DNA of 64,000 nt from Eledone cirrhosa (Eukaryota). Numbering within the stretch: the first letter of the stretch is position 1; each line of letters starts with the position of its first letter. The notes under the pieces were generated by a model. It was not told the origin of the DNA, did not search any database, and saw only the letters and a list, made by a program, of their open reading frames with translations. The position numbers and the translations under genes were made by a program. The DNA is taken from positions 148,613 to 212,612 of the forward strand of contig CAXHJY010001576.1 in NCBI GenBank assembly GCA_964016885.1. Direction: 5' to 3'. Below are positions 10,845 to 26,201 of this stretch, one piece after another.

Positions 10845-12912
10845 ATTGTTTCTACTTTTGGCACAAGGCCAGCAATTAACTCAGTGCATTACTGGTACTT
10901 TATTTTATCGACCCCGTAAGGATGAAAGGCAAAGTTAGCCTCGGCGGGATTTGAACTCAGACCATAAAGGGCCGTAACTCTTTGCTGAAAAGCATAGCGT
11001 CCTACCCTCTACCGATACTGCCAAAATAATAATAATAATAATAATGGTTTCTTATATAGGCACAAGGACAGCAATTTTGGGGGTAGGGAAAGTCGATTAA
11101 ATCGACCACAGTGTGTGACTGGTACTTTATTTTATCGACCCCGTAAGGATGAAAGGCAAAGCTAATCTTGACGAGATTTAAACTCAGGACGTAAAGCATG
11201 GTGCAAAGCAGGGTGTCCGACGCTCTACCGATACTGCCAATCTCCCGCCCTCTTATAGTAATAAACCGATTACACAAAACATACAGAAGATATTCACCAC
11301 CCAACAAAATAACACCATTACCCATACATAAGAGAACACTAAAATAACACGAGAAACAGCAAGCTAAACCTCTTAACACAACAAATCAAGACTGGTGCAG
11401 TACATTGACAAACGTCTAGCCCCTCGCCCCAAATAAGCACTTACAATATCATACACACCCCAGGAAGTGCATGTAGCAATGAAGAAATAGAAGCTTGTTT
11501 ACAACTGTCAACTCTCAAAATAATTGTTTCTACTTTAGGCACAAGGGCAGCAATTTGAAGGGTAGTGTACTAATGGTGCTTTATTTTACCGACCCCATAT
11601 GGATGAAAGGCAAAGGTAACCTCGGTGGGATTTGAACTCAGAATGTAAAGGGCCGTAACTATATGCCGCAAAGTATAATGTCCAACGCTCTAACGATACT
11701 GCCAATCCACTGCCCTTTGAAAAGGATTTGGAACTGTCATGAGATCAAAGTCCTCCTTATAGGTACTATTTCGAAGAACCCCTGTCCCCTTTTCTGGAAC
11801 AGCCCAGAAGACATGGAATCAAGAAGGACCCTCCGTTAGGGCTGATAAGCACAGTTAACTTTACATATGTAATTATACACCCGTAGATTATGTTAGAAAA
11901 ACCAGGCAACTGTGACTACAGTACAAATATATACGTATATATATATATATATATATATATGTGTACACACACAGCCGTCGGGGTTTCGATTCTAGCTGTC
12001 GAAACGGCCGGAGCTTAGCCGTCGGGGTCCTAACTCTTTTCCTATATATATATATATATATATAACCCGTCGAGGTTAAACATTTTCCTATATATATAAA
12101 TATATATATAACTTTCTTTATTAGCTACACAGGGCTTACATTAAGAAGACAATAATTGTTTCTACTATTGGCACAAGGCCAGCAATTACCCAGTAGATTA
12201 CTGGTACTTTATTTTATCGACCCCGTAAGGATGAAAGGCAAAGCTAACCTCGACAGGATTTGAACTCAGACCGTAAAGGGCCGTAACTCTATGCTAGTAA
12301 GCATGGTGTCCGACGCTCTACCGATTCGGTCAATCCACCGCCCTAGTAATAATAATAATAAAAATTTCTACTAAAGGCACAAGGCCAGCACATTTGGAGG
12401 AGGGGAAAAATCGATTAAATTGACCCCAGTGCATTACTGGTGCTTTATTTTATCGACCCCGTCAGGATGAAAGACAAAGCTAAACTCGGTGGGATTTGAA
12501 CTCAGAACGTAAAAGCCATAACTCTATGTTGCAAAACATGTTGTCTGACGCTCTACCGATACAACCAATCCACCGTAGTAGCAATAACAGCCCCCTTAAT
12601 AATATTGTTTCAACTTTTGGCATAAGGTCGGCAACAACCCCAAGTGTATTACTGATACTTTATTTTATCGACCCCGTAAGGCAAAGTTAACCTTAATATT
12701 AATATTGTTGACGATGAGAGGTAGGGCGGTGGATTGGCAGTATCGGTAGAGGGTCGGACGCCATGCTTTCCAGCATAGTTATGTCCCTTTACGATCTGAG
12801 TTCAAATCCCGCCGAGGTTGACTTTGCCTTTCATCCTTACGGGGTCGATAAAATAAAGTACCAGTAATGCACTGGGTAATTGCTGGCCTTGTGCCAAATG
12901 TAGAAACAATTA
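10845..12912. mobile_element. Cluster of seven copies of the dominant tRNA-derived SINE (minus: ~10845-11025, 11044-11250, 11521-11716, 12152-12345, 12363-12575, 12603-12692; plus: 12723-12912)
   Basis: Consensus GGCGGTGGATTGGCAGTATCGGTAGAG (A box)...GAGTTCAAATCCCGCCGAGG (B box)...GCCTTTCATCCTTACGGGGTCGATAAAATAAAGTACCAG (resembles the MetaSINE central domain)...GGCCTTGTGCCAAAAGTAGAAAC(AAT)n. Confidence 0.93.
12113..12152 (-). mobile_element. Extreme 3' end of a Tx1-like LINE
   Basis: Minus strand ATTGTCTTCTTAATGTAAGCCCTGTGTAGCTAATAAAGAAA followed by (TA)n; matches the shared 3'-end motif. Confidence 0.5.
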
Positions 12913-13300
12913 ATATTGTTGATGATGAGAAGAGTGATTTATTTATATAGCAACTTCGCAATCAAAATGATTAATGGCGGAGAAAAACATTGTTATCTTG
13001 ACTATTTATTAGAGGTGGCCTTTTACAGAACATTGTTGGCACCTGGCAGTGTTTGCCCTTCCTGTCAGTGCTATAACCTACGGTTTACTCAAGCTAGAAT
13101 ACACCTGCAGTTTTACATACCATTCATACAGTCCTGTAGTGTAAGAATGGTTCACATAGCTTATTACAAATAACTATTTTGGAAGTCTACACTCAAATAT
13201 TCACACTACAATATATGTACACGCATGCTCACAGTCACTCGTTCACTCTCTCATGAACGTACATCCATACATACACACATACACGCACACAGATAACCAC

Positions 13301-13359
<59 letters not shown>

Positions 13360-13516
13360 TGCTGGTTATGAGATATATATATATAGTTATGAGATATATA
13401 TTGCTGGTTATGAGACTGCCTTTCCGAAAAAGATGTAGAATATGTGCAGGCTTAAAAAATATTCCTTTTTCAGTAATTTTTAGAAATTTTATCTTCTATG
13501 TCTTCATACACACACA

Positions 13517-13547
<31 letters not shown>

Positions 13548-13548
13548 T

Positions 13549-13616
<68 letters not shown>

Positions 13617-13624
13617 ACGTGTGT

Positions 13625-13672
<48 letters not shown>

Positions 13673-13699
13673 ATAGAGTGGGGTGGATAAACCCGACGG

Positions 13700-14150
13700 A
13701 GATTTTAGTTCTGAAGTTGGGCTTGCCCTTAAGTGTAACCAGTCATGGCAGGACTTCAAGGATGTTAGAGTCAAATTTCATGTATCTGTTGGTGAGAGCA
13801 CTGGATGCAATGGGTTGGTATGTATGTAGAAGTATTGATCTTTTACAAGTTTTTGTTTCGTCCTTAGTGTTCATCCTCCTGAATTTCAATTTATTGATTA
13901 AAAAGAAAATGGTCGTTCTCGAAATGCTTGAATAGTTTGATGGTGGGTAGTGTACTGTTGGATTTAAATTCAAACGTTTCGGTATCTGTGATTACTACAC
14001 CGAGGTGGTCGAGAAGAAATTTCTCCACCACATTTGCTTGAGGAAATAATAAGCTCGCTTGGAAGATTTTGGCATGTCTTTCATGGATACGTTCGTGTGA
14101 CCTTTGGTCAGTATCATATATTCGTAGTCAGTAAGGGCTCAGCCAAGGAG
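13700..14150 (-). pseudogene. Degenerate Penelope-like element ORF, N-terminal region
   Basis: Frameshifted translation LTDYEYMILTKG...RAYYFLKQMWWRNFF...FKSNSTLPTIKLFKHFENDHF..LINKLKFRR resembles PLE N-terminal motifs (L+..E..+L.KG; R+RW+.FF; FKS...PP.+KEL..FENDL..LI..+KFR). Confidence 0.6.
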
Positions 14151-14440
14151 TTAAATGAAATAGGATTGTTTTTCGTTGATCAAAGGAAGATCACAGTTAA
14201 ATAAGGTACTCATTACAAGACTAGTGCTATTCTGGTGAGTTCGAACAACACAATTCCTGCAGAAGACACAGCATCGCATGCCGTTACAAGTGCTATATAA
14301 ATTTTCATTTTCACACACACTCACACACACACACACACATACATAATGAACTAAAGAATAGAATAAAGAAAACAACAAGACGGGATATTTGTATACAAAT
14401 GGAGAATCTTAGCTTAATGTTATTGAGAATTAAGAAGTGT

Positions 14441-14479
14441 TAAATAAACCGATTCGGGCTAAACCCTTCTTCAGAATTA
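14441..14479 (-). ncRNA. Degenerate minimal hammerhead upstream of the PLE ORF
   Basis: Minus strand AATT-CTGAAGA-A-GGG tttag CCC-GAAT-CGGTT (GAAA mutated to GAAT). Confidence 0.5.
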
Positions 14480-14644
14480 TGAGAATGAACTGAGAAAAGA
14501 TACGGGAAAATTAGAAAAATTGTTAGGGTTGATACGTACAGTTAACTTTACATATATAATTATACACTCGGAGATGCATGTTGGAATCACCAGGAAACTG
14601 TAAGTACTGTACAAATATATATATGTACCCCCCCCCCCCCCCCC

Positions 14645-14676
<32 letters not shown>

Positions 14677-16274
14677 AATATATAGCTGGTGAAAGATGTT
14701 TGTCAAACAAGTCGGTCCTAGATACGTTGCACAATTTTCATTAATTTCCACACAGTGAAATTCATTACGAAACTCAACACATACCACCTACACACGTAAA
14801 CACACACACAAATGCACACTCATATTTATATATGGATGCAAACAGGAGAAGTCAATGTGTATAAGTGTAAATTTACAAGGAATGTCCTTTATCAACTTTC
14901 AAGCAATATCGCTTTTAAACAGACTATTGATTTATTTAAAGGAAACAAAGGCATAGACAAATTAACAAGTTATACAATAATACTGCACCCTTCCCTCAGC
15001 TTATGTCATGTAATTGAGGAATGGTTTCCTGGTGATGTTAGAATATGTCTTAAAGTGTTTACATTGACTGGACTCTTGTTGTAAGACGAACAGATATAGG
15101 CATTCGTACCTTGTAACGTATGTTTCACAATCATGAGGCTCCAGATTAAATCCAACTGCATGGATTCTTGGGTAAGTGGCTTTTGCCATAGGCTCGAGTG
15201 GTTATTGATCCTACTCATGCTAAATGAAGGCGGATATGAGGAAAAATAATAATAATAATAACCCAAACCTTGTGTGTGAAATTGAGTAGGGAGTAACTAT
15301 TTGAAACCCGGACAGATTGACTGTATCTATCATTTAAAATTTCAGCTTTGTTACAAACTGTATTCTGCAGAACCCAACTCGTTAAGGGTGCTCATGTCTG
15401 TGGAATACTCAACCACCTACATTATGATTTAACGAAGATGCTGTTCCGTTGATCGAACCACTGGAACACTCACGTCGAAATCGATGGATGTCTACATTCA
15501 TTAAACCATTCTAAAGTCTGTTATTGATATCACAGCCAACATTGACAAGCTTCATGTCTTTCTTTTATTACCTCCATTTCTATACAATATATAATGCTTG
15601 ATGCTACCTGAAATCGATCTTGAATTCCATCCCTACCTCTTCCATCATCGAAATGTTATTGGAATTTTTTTTTAATTGAAAATACAAAAAAAAAAGGAGA
15701 AATTAAATGAGGTCCTAATCTAATCAATAATCCATCAATTGTATCGGAAAGAACATTTACTAGTCTACACCTACAGAAATCTTGCTATTAACAGATATTT
15801 GTGAAGCATTAATTTACATTTAGTGCAACAGTTGTCGTTTTCTTGAGTTCCTTTGTTAACATTGCAGCGTTGACTGTTTTACAGAAGCAACAGTCTCATC
15901 ACTTAACACACTCTTAATACTCTAGCTATCTCTTCCCTGATCTTCTCCTTTCAGTAATATTTTGTATTATTGCTCACCAAACAAATCTATTTTGATTTAA
16001 ACAATCATTGCTGCTGAGCCAACCAAATTAAGCTGGTTGTGCACTTACTGATGATATTATTGTATTATTTGTTATTGTTGTTGTAATGTTATTTTAAGAA
16101 AATAAAATAACAGCATCAAATAACAACAGCAACAACAATACCATCAATTACGAAAGTTGAACAAGAATAACGAAACAAAAAATAAAAATAATAATAACAA
16201 TGATATCAAGAATGAATCAAAGAAAATGGCGACTTAAACGTTTAATAACAATGGTAGTGAGACGGTAGTTGTTC

Positions 16275-16751
<477 letters not shown>

Positions 16752-17509
16752 TAGAACAGCAACTACAGCAAAACGAAACAAAAATAATGCATATAAAGAA
16801 CATATGAAAGAAAGAACACGAAACACGCGACGAAGAACTAAAACGAAGGTAAAGAGGTCTGCCATGTAAATCAGCAGGTTTTCTCAATAGCTGCTTCAGG
16901 TTTGTTTCACAGTGTACTTCCTGCCACAACCCTTACCACTCTCTCTTATTATCATCAAATTTTCTCTACACCTTATAACAGTTATCGGTGTGTCTGCGTA
17001 TGTATGTGTGTTTTATCAGCTGCCAGTTTTGCTGTTATCGTTTTAAACAAGGCTTTTATCGTTTATAATGGCCTCAGTCCCTGCCACAGCTTCCGCTAAA
17101 TGCTGTGTTTAAACAGCAAGCAAGTTATAAGGCAGATTTCTCTAAATTCTTCATAGCTAACCCTACTTATAAAATTTGGGGCTCTTATTGTCATTATTGT
17201 TATAGTTGTTGGTGGTGATGATCATGATCATGGCGAACGAAGAAGTTTGTTCTTGTTTTTGTTGTGGTTTTATTTTGTTATTGCTCTTATATTTGTTGGT
17301 GTTTGTTTATTACTATTGTTGTTATAGCTGTTGTTATTGATGATGATTATGCTGATGTTGTTGATGTTGATATTTTTTGTTGTTGTTCCTCGTTCTATAT
17401 TTAAACTGGCAATTATCCTTCAACAACTTAGAACTAATTTATAACGATCGCCATATCCGTATCAGCACTAACGTATCTACTGACAACAACAACAACAACA
17501 ACAACAAGG

Positions 17510-17720
17510 AAACGAGCGATGGTTAGCTCGACCTGCTAGAAATAACAGCGAAATCTTCCTGATATTACTCTCTACAATTTTTAAAACAAAGGAAGGACAT
17601 ATTAAAAGTGGAATAATAAAGAAGCATTAATGGATAGGGAGGAGGGTCATGGCTGGAGTGTTTATTGATCCTATTCATGCTCAATGAAGGCTGACACCAG
17701 GGGAAAATATCAATAGTAAT
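17510..17720 (+). mobile_element. Degenerate third SINE-like repeat (3' portion)
   Basis: GACCTGCTAGAAATAACAGC...GGTCATGGCTGGAGTG...CATGCTCAATGAAGGCTGAC. Related segments at ~15185-15245 and 43120-43250. Confidence 0.45.
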
Positions 17721-17758
17721 AACAGCGACAAACTAACTTCACATAACATTGACATTAT

Positions 17759-17942
17759 TTGGCAGTATCGGTAGAGGGTCGGACGCCATGCTTTGGCGCA
17801 TAGAGTTACGGCCCTTGCCATTCTGAGTTCAAATCCCGCCGAGGTTCACTTTGCCTTTCATCCTTACGTGGGCGATAAAAAGAAATGTACCAGTAATGCA
17901 CTGGGAAATTGCTGGCCTTGTGCCAAACGTAGAAACAATTAT
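17759..17942 (+). mobile_element. Dominant tRNA-derived SINE copy
   Basis: Matches the family consensus. Confidence 0.9.
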
Positions 17943-17949
17943 TATCACC

Positions 17950-18281
17950 TCTAACATCATCAGCATCATCAATCACTACCACCATCATCACCACGGCCAT
18001 CATATAATCACCAGCTTCCTCCTCCTCCTCCTCCTCCTCCCCCTCCTCCTCCTCCTCCTCCTTATCCTCCTCCTCCTTATCCTCCTCCTCCTCCTCCTCC
18101 TTATCCTCCTCCTCCTCCTCCTCATCATCATCATCGCTTCCTCTTCCACCACTACCACCACCCTTAACACCAACAATACCATCACTATCATGATCATTAC
18201 AATCAGTACTACCAATGTCACCATCACCACCTTCATCATTACTACCAATGTCACCAGTATTATCACCCCCACCCTCACCAC

Positions 18282-18313
<32 letters not shown>

Positions 18314-18330
18314 CGACAGCCACAACCACA
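17950..18330. repeat. Compound (CAT)n/(CCT)n/(CAC)n trinucleotide tract
   Basis: Direct reading; source of the spurious poly-E/D/L ORFs. Confidence 0.92.
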
Positions 18331-18682
18331 ATTAAATCCCATCTAATGATGTGGAAGACATTGCAAACAAATTGTTTTCAGAGTTAGACATAACAACTGG
18401 TTCTTATTTCAATAAACAGTCAGAAATATCTGGGATTTCTAAAGAAACATCAATGGTTTTGCAAGTCATATCTTTCTCAAGGACGTCAGTAAATTCAAAC
18501 AGCCATAATGGAAGCCAGATTGTGAACATGGCTGGCTGTATTATAATTATTCGTTATTCTCTTATGTACTTACTCCACGGTGCAACAGCATAGAACCTAT
18601 GTATGTCGGAAAAACTAACGCTGCCGACATTACTTCTGTATGCAGTACTATGTAAGCGGTGAGGGCCGACGTTAACCTATCG

Positions 18683-18740
<58 letters not shown>

Positions 18741-18741
18741 T

Positions 18742-18789
<48 letters not shown>

Positions 18790-18926
18790 CGCCGAAGTTA
18801 TATTTGCCTTTCATCCTTACGGGGTCGATAACATAAAGTACCAGCCACACACTGGTGTCGATTTAATCGACTTTCCTCACCCCAAAATTGCTGGCCTTGT
18901 GCCTATATAAAAAACCATTATTATCA

Positions 18927-19172
18927 TTATTCCTGAGAGGGCGGTGGGGGAAGAGTCCTCAAACACTCCTTCCAGCGGGTCCTGTCGGAAGCAACCGTCT
19001 CCAATTGTTCCGGCTGGATCCCCAAGGGAAACCAGCCAAGATCATGGATGTTATCCAACCATCTTGCTCGGGATCTACCTCTGGGTCTTCTGTTAGTTGG
19101 GTTTTCCCGTAAATTCTGTCCAGCGATTCTTTCCCAAGACATTATAACAACCTGCCCGTAATATTGGAACAT
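18927..19172 (-). mobile_element. RTE-clade (Expander/Rex3-like) LINE 3' end
   Basis: NPTNRRPRGRSRARWLDNIHDLGWFPLGIQPEQLETVASDRTRWKECLRTLPPPPSQE* matches the RTE 'RPRGRPRxRW...LG+.PE.LE.VA.DR..W...LPP' C-terminus. Confidence 0.82.
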
Positions 19173-19759
19173 TGATCTCTCAATTTGGAGGATTTATTTA
19201 TTTTTTCCTTTTTCCAATCTTCAAAAAAATTCGATTGGTTAATTTTATACGAATTATTTCCATTCTTTGTTCTTTTTAGAGTTTTAACCTTCTTTACAGT
19301 TAGTTGTTCTATACTAAATACTTTTATGATCTCAGCCGATAGCTGATTTTCAATGCACTTTATTACATATGCGATACCCTATTGTATGTTATTTTGTTTA
19401 CAGAACATTCGTCTAAAGTACTTTCCTCACCCATATTTCTGACTGATAATTTCGAGGTTACGAATGGTATTGAAACAAGTTTAAGTTCATTCTGATAAGA
19501 TTTTCGTTGTATTATGTATCCAACAATGCTCTTCGTAGAGTGATCACGTGGTTATTGTACGTTGAAATCTTCATTCTTAAAAGCATGTCAACGAGTCCAT
19601 GGCTGATTTGTTGGGAATATAGTGGTTTGAGTAACTCAGTACACCACCACTTATGTATGCATGTATGTACGTATGTATGTATATATGTATATATGTATAT
19701 ATGGATGGATGTTTGTATGTGTATATGTATTTTTGCATATATATATATATATGTATATG

Positions 19760-20176
<417 letters not shown>

Positions 20177-20225
20177 ACATGCACACCCACATTCACACAT
20201 ATATGTGTATGTGTCTGTGTGTGTA

Positions 20226-20305
<80 letters not shown>

Positions 20306-21668
20306 TTTGTATATTTCACGGCCAACGCAACGTGAGCAACACATGCCTTGGTGTAAATCTATAAATTCAACACTCATATATCGTCACACAAACTTCACTA
20401 CGTTATGTCAATTATAAAAAAGAAATAAAAAAGAAATACTTCAAAACCCGCTCTGATGAGTCATAAAGACACACTTCTTTTCACATTCTCCATTTCTGGG
20501 TTCATTCTAAAGCTCTAATTAAACCCGAATGCGTTTTACAATGTTCTCCATTGTACAATAAATCTTGAGAAGATATATCCCCCCACCCTCTCTCTCGACA
20601 AGTAGGTTTTTTTTTATTGCCATACGTTCTTCATAATAGATTAGCTATCGTTTATCGCTGACAACATTGATTATTATTAAGTTTGAACTGAAAGCTGTCA
20701 AGTTATGACACCATGTTAACAGAGACCTGAACCTATTGACCGTTTATGATCTTGTCAGTTAAATATCACGTTACACTTTACTTTTAGTAATGTAATACTA
20801 CCAGAGTTTCAGATTTTAATAATAACAGCTACATATGGACATATGCCGGAAGACACCTAACGGTGAAATGTCAGAATAGGCTCAATCTTTTACCAACCAC
20901 TGGAGATGAACGAACGATTTAGCTTCAGTAATCTAGCATCTTTTATATTCAGCCAGTTGTGACTAGATAAAACTCGATCTGTCGATTTAAATATCCTACA
21001 CAAATATCGAACAAGCAACTTCAGCACCTGTTAGTCCGGTACATTATTTCTTCAGCTATTGTCCTTAGTAAATATGTGATTATAGCTTATACATGCGTAA
21101 ATATCACCAACCTCTTATGGGTTGCCTCTCATTGCGGGGTTTCCTGTGTGTTTTAACGATAGAAACCTCAATCCTATATTGTCAGCACAATTCTGGTGAC
21201 AAGAGGTTGGATTTAAATTCAGAATTCACCGAGCCGGAAGAGATATCACAGGGCATCTTTACGCTAATCCAATTTATCAATCTCACAAGGATTAAAGGCA
21301 AAGTGGGAGTTAAATTCAAAATACAAAGAGCCGGAACAAATGGCGGAAAACATATCCTACGTTTTAACAACTCAAATCATTTTATCCTTCCTAAATCTAG
21401 GTGATATTGACTTAATCAATAATTTATATAGTCCTCAATTGGTCTATTAACTTCTTTTTATTATAATCAATCAAGCTCTATTCTCACCTGTTTAACTTCA
21501 TTAATACATTATACAATTCTATTAGATGATCCATTAATTCATTTAATCAATCATTAAACTTCTATTCCTGCCCATTGGTTTAAATCCGTCCTTTTACACT
21601 AGATACATTGATCAAGTTACACATCATGTTATACACGTCACACACACACATATATATATATACACACA

Positions 21669-21719
<51 letters not shown>

Positions 21720-21891
21720 AAATTTTCATCGCCATTTAACGTCCATTTTCCACGCAAGGATGGTTTAGACGAGCTGTCCCGTTGTGAGTCAGGTCAGGTC
21801 AGATGAACATGTTTTGCTCATAGAGAACTGTTTCAGGCTTCGTTTCTGCTGTTAGATGCGAATCACATTTACAGCGAGGACTGGGTGCCTA

Positions 21892-22014
<123 letters not shown>

Positions 22015-22651
22015 GATAGATAGATAGATAGATAGATAGATATGTAATGCTGCTAATTATCTATCAAATTAATTATATTTTCATTAACTGAAGCAAAGTA
22101 AATGAACTTCTGTTGGTTTTAACGCTGAGCGTTCGATAAACAACACCATACTCGTTAAAATAACGGCTGAGTAGCTCATATACCGTTGTACCTACTATCT
22201 TAATTCACAAAAAGATTCAGCCTCAGTGAGTGAGTCTAAGAAATGTTGCCCCTTTGAATTACAGGTAAAGTACATCAGATTCTATTGACACAGTTTCCCT
22301 CATAAGGCTTGGGTCAGCCTGAAACTTTGGTGCAAGACTCTAACCAAGAGTATTTTACCATATGTTTAGGTTGAGCCAAGTCCTTTTGAGAGGAATTGCA
22401 CTAACAGAAACCACGCGGAAGCCTGTCAGATGGTTGTACAGCCTTGTTAAACTGCGTCAAGCTGATTCTGTTTTGAAATTATTTTACATAAGTTTGTGGG
22501 ATAGACAATCACTCACATGTTAATTTAACGACTAGACAATTCAGTTGTTCAAATATGGGAAATAATCAACGTCGATATCGACGGGGATCAACCAAATTAT
22601 CCGACCAGATACACAATGCCCAATGCCCTCAATGTGATTGTCTAAAATTTC

Positions 22652-22685
<34 letters not shown>

Positions 22686-22816
22686 CCACACCCACATATA
22701 CATACACATACACATACACACGCACCCCCCCACACACACACACATACACACGCACCCGCACACACACACACACACACGCACACACACACTTATACACACA
22801 CACACATATATATATA

Positions 22817-22847
22817 CAGGGTGTATACATTTTTGGAGGACACCCCG
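22817..22847. mobile_element. 31-bp Tc1/mariner-type remnant
   Basis: TA|CAGGGTGT...ACACCCCG|TA. Confidence 0.45.
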
Positions 22848-23096
22848 TATATATAGGTGTGTTCCTGTGTGTGTGGTATGCGTGTGTTGTGGTGGTAGTG
22901 GGGGGTGGGGGCATGTAATCAAAGGGGGTAAGAGAAAGAAGCTAGAATTAGTTCCATTCTCGCTCCATCGAAAAAAATCAATCTATTGGGTTGTTAGACT
23001 GAAATAAATTAAATATTTTATATTTTATCAGCCGTCAAAACTAGCAATTATCTACGCTATCTCACAAACCTTCACACCACAAACCTCTTCTCACCG

Positions 23097-23585
23097 TTGG
23101 CAGTATCGGTAGAGGGTCGGATGCTATGCATTGCAGCATAGAGTTACGGCCCTTTACGGTCTGGGTTCAAATCCCGCCGAGGTTAACTTTGTCATTCATC
23201 CTTATGGGGTCAATAAGATAAAGTACCAGTAATGCACTGGGTTAATTGCTGGCCTTGTGCCAAAAGTAGAAAAATTATTATGCTTTGCAGCATAGAGTTA
23301 TACCCCTTTACGTTCTGAGTTCAAATCCCGCCGAGGTTAACTTTGCATTTCATCCTTACGGGGTCAATAAAATAAGCATAAGTAATGTACTGGGATAATT
23401 GCTGGCCTTGTGCCAAAAGTAGAAACAATTATTATGCTTTGCAGCATAGAGTTATATCCCTTTACGTTCTGAGTTCAAATACCGCCGAGGTTAACTTTGC
23501 ATTTCATCCTTACGGGGTCAATAAAATAAGCATCAGTAATGCACTCGGATAATTGCTGTCCTTGTGCCAAAAGTAGAAATTATTA
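23097..23585 (+). mobile_element. Tandem trimer of the dominant SINE
   Basis: One near-full copy followed by two ~153-bp 5'-truncated copies that both start at ATGCTTTGCAGCATAGAG. Confidence 0.92.
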
Positions 23586-23845
23586 TAACAGCGACCTAGC
23601 TTTATATTATCACATCTACTACCTATTTACCTAACAACCTAATTATTATTTATTTCATCTAATAACCACTTAAATACGGTAGCTATTAATATATATATCC
23701 GCACAATATAATGGCAGCTTCGAATTCTTTCTTTAATTCAATTCCTGTCCCCTCCATACAATACATTTTACGCATCAATTTTAATCTTATATTTTTTCTT
23801 TTTTCCCTAGAAAATTAAAAAAAAGCTATTTTTCATGCATGCGTT

Positions 23846-23884
<39 letters not shown>

Positions 23885-23887
23885 ATT

Positions 23888-23924
<37 letters not shown>

Positions 23925-23980
23925 ATATTAATATATGTATATTATGTTTCAAAAGCAAACCTATTTTTCATACACGCATA

Positions 23981-24022
<42 letters not shown>

Positions 24023-24138
24023 TATAGATATATATGTGTGTATTAAAAATACCTTTGCTTTTGAGAGATAAAAAAAGCCTGCATGAATGCATGTACGTAT
24101 ATATGTATATATATATATGCATGCATGTATGTATGAGT

Positions 24139-24196
<58 letters not shown>

Positions 24197-24968
24197 TCTC
24201 TCTCTCTCGTTCTCTTTCTCTGTCTCTCTCTCTCTCTTTCTCTGTCTCACTCTCTCACACACATATAGACATGCATCAGTTTAAATTGATAGTTTCCAGC
24301 AACAGTTAACACAACCGACTGTTGATTGTATTCAAATTCAATGGAAGCAAATTTAAATTTAAAATTATATAAAAAAAGAAAAATAATAATAAATAAAATC
24401 GAATACAATTTTTTAGGAAAAAAAAAAAAAAAAAAAAAAACCCTTAGAAATGAAGAAATTCAGGAAAATATATAAAAATTAAAAGAAATCAACGCTGTAT
24501 GAAGGAATGAATGAAGAAAAGCATTATTTGAATACAACAAAAACAACAATAATAATAAGTGCGAAAGAAAAGGTCGCCTTTATTTGTCAGCTGAATTAAG
24601 GCAACCTATGACATCAATGATAACATTGAAACATGTCTTCAGTATGACGAAGCTGTAGTGGTGGTGGTGGTGGTGATAATAATGGTGGGGGTGATAGTAG
24701 TTATGGTGGTGAATGGTGCTGGTGAAGCTGTTATCGTGCCAATGAAAAAAAAATGCATTATGAGCCGAAAGAATAGAAACAGGTGCGCCTGTAAATATGC
24801 GATAGTACAGCAGAGGCAGCAGCAATAGCATCAACTGCAGCAGCAGTAACGATATTGTGGGTGGGGTAGGGAACGACTGAATGAGGGGAAAATGTTTATT
24901 TATTTTTCTTTACCTGATTTAAAAAAAAAAAAATTTTAATTACTTCTTTATTTATGCTTCTTGGATTT

Positions 24969-25025
<57 letters not shown>

Positions 25026-25166
25026 CAGACACAGACACAGACACACGCACATATACACACACGCACACATACACACACACATAATACACACATACGCAGA
25101 TATATAATAGATGTATTTAAATATAAATGAGGAAATACATTTTTAAAATGAACGTGTTTTTCTGGA

Positions 25167-25205
<39 letters not shown>

Positions 25206-25244
25206 TTCTCTCTCTCTCTCTACACACACACATATATATATACG

Positions 25245-25292
<48 letters not shown>

Positions 25293-25437
25293 CATATATA
25301 TATATATACATACATATCTATATCTATATCTATATCTCTATATATATAAGCACCTATTTTTTTTATAGTAATCGACTTTCGTTCCAGTTATTTTCTGAGT
25401 TTCGTATGTGTGCATGTATGCATATGTGTGTGTGTGA

Positions 25438-25518
<81 letters not shown>

Positions 25519-26049
25519 CGTGTGTGTGAGCGTATGCTTGTGAATGTGTGTGGTTCTGTGAATGTGTACTTATAAAAAGGTTTTTGTATTTATTAATGCT
25601 TCTATTTTTGGTTGTTTGTTTTGAAAATGTTCTGTGAATGCAGTGTAACAGATTGCTTTTTGATAAAACTAAATACTGCGCAAACAACAACAATAACCGC
25701 CATAACAACAATAACGAGAGTATCAAGGGAAACTAGAACAACAACACTAGCAGAATATTTATAACGGAACAAAACAAGATACTATCTTTTATTAAAAAAT
25801 ATTTCATATGTAAAATTTATATCAGATTTAAGACTTATGTCAGGTTTAAAACACATTTGTTACGCATTTTCCATCAGAATAGTTGATATACGTCAACATC
25901 CTTTACATTATAACCATACATGCATAGCTGTGTGGTTAAGGAGTTTGCATTGGAACAACGAGGTCTTAAGAACAATCACACAGAGTGGCATTGTGAACAA
26001 GTATCTTCAGCTGTAGTCTCGGCTCGTCTGATAAATATATTTTAATAGC

Positions 26050-26118
<69 letters not shown>

Positions 26119-26201
26119 CGGCTCAGTTTTCGTACATTGAGCTAATACAATACCGTCAAAATATAACACGGTGCGTTCCTTGCTATACGTACGTAAATAA
26201 A

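Noticed and set aside
12723-12820. tRNA gene (A and B boxes)
   Set aside because: SINE head; no intact cloverleaf, and it continues into the SINE body.
17806-18387. 178-aa acidic or poly-Leu ORFs
   Set aside because: Trinucleotide repeats fused to a SINE; open in several frames on both strands.
18351-18593. ORF with EF-hand-like 'IANKLFSELD'
   Set aside because: The loop residues do not fit an EF-hand and there is no convincing splice-site frame.
20453-20474. CTGATGA-GTC-ataaa-GAC hammerhead 5' half
   Set aside because: No following GAAA or stem I/III closure; at best a truncated relic.
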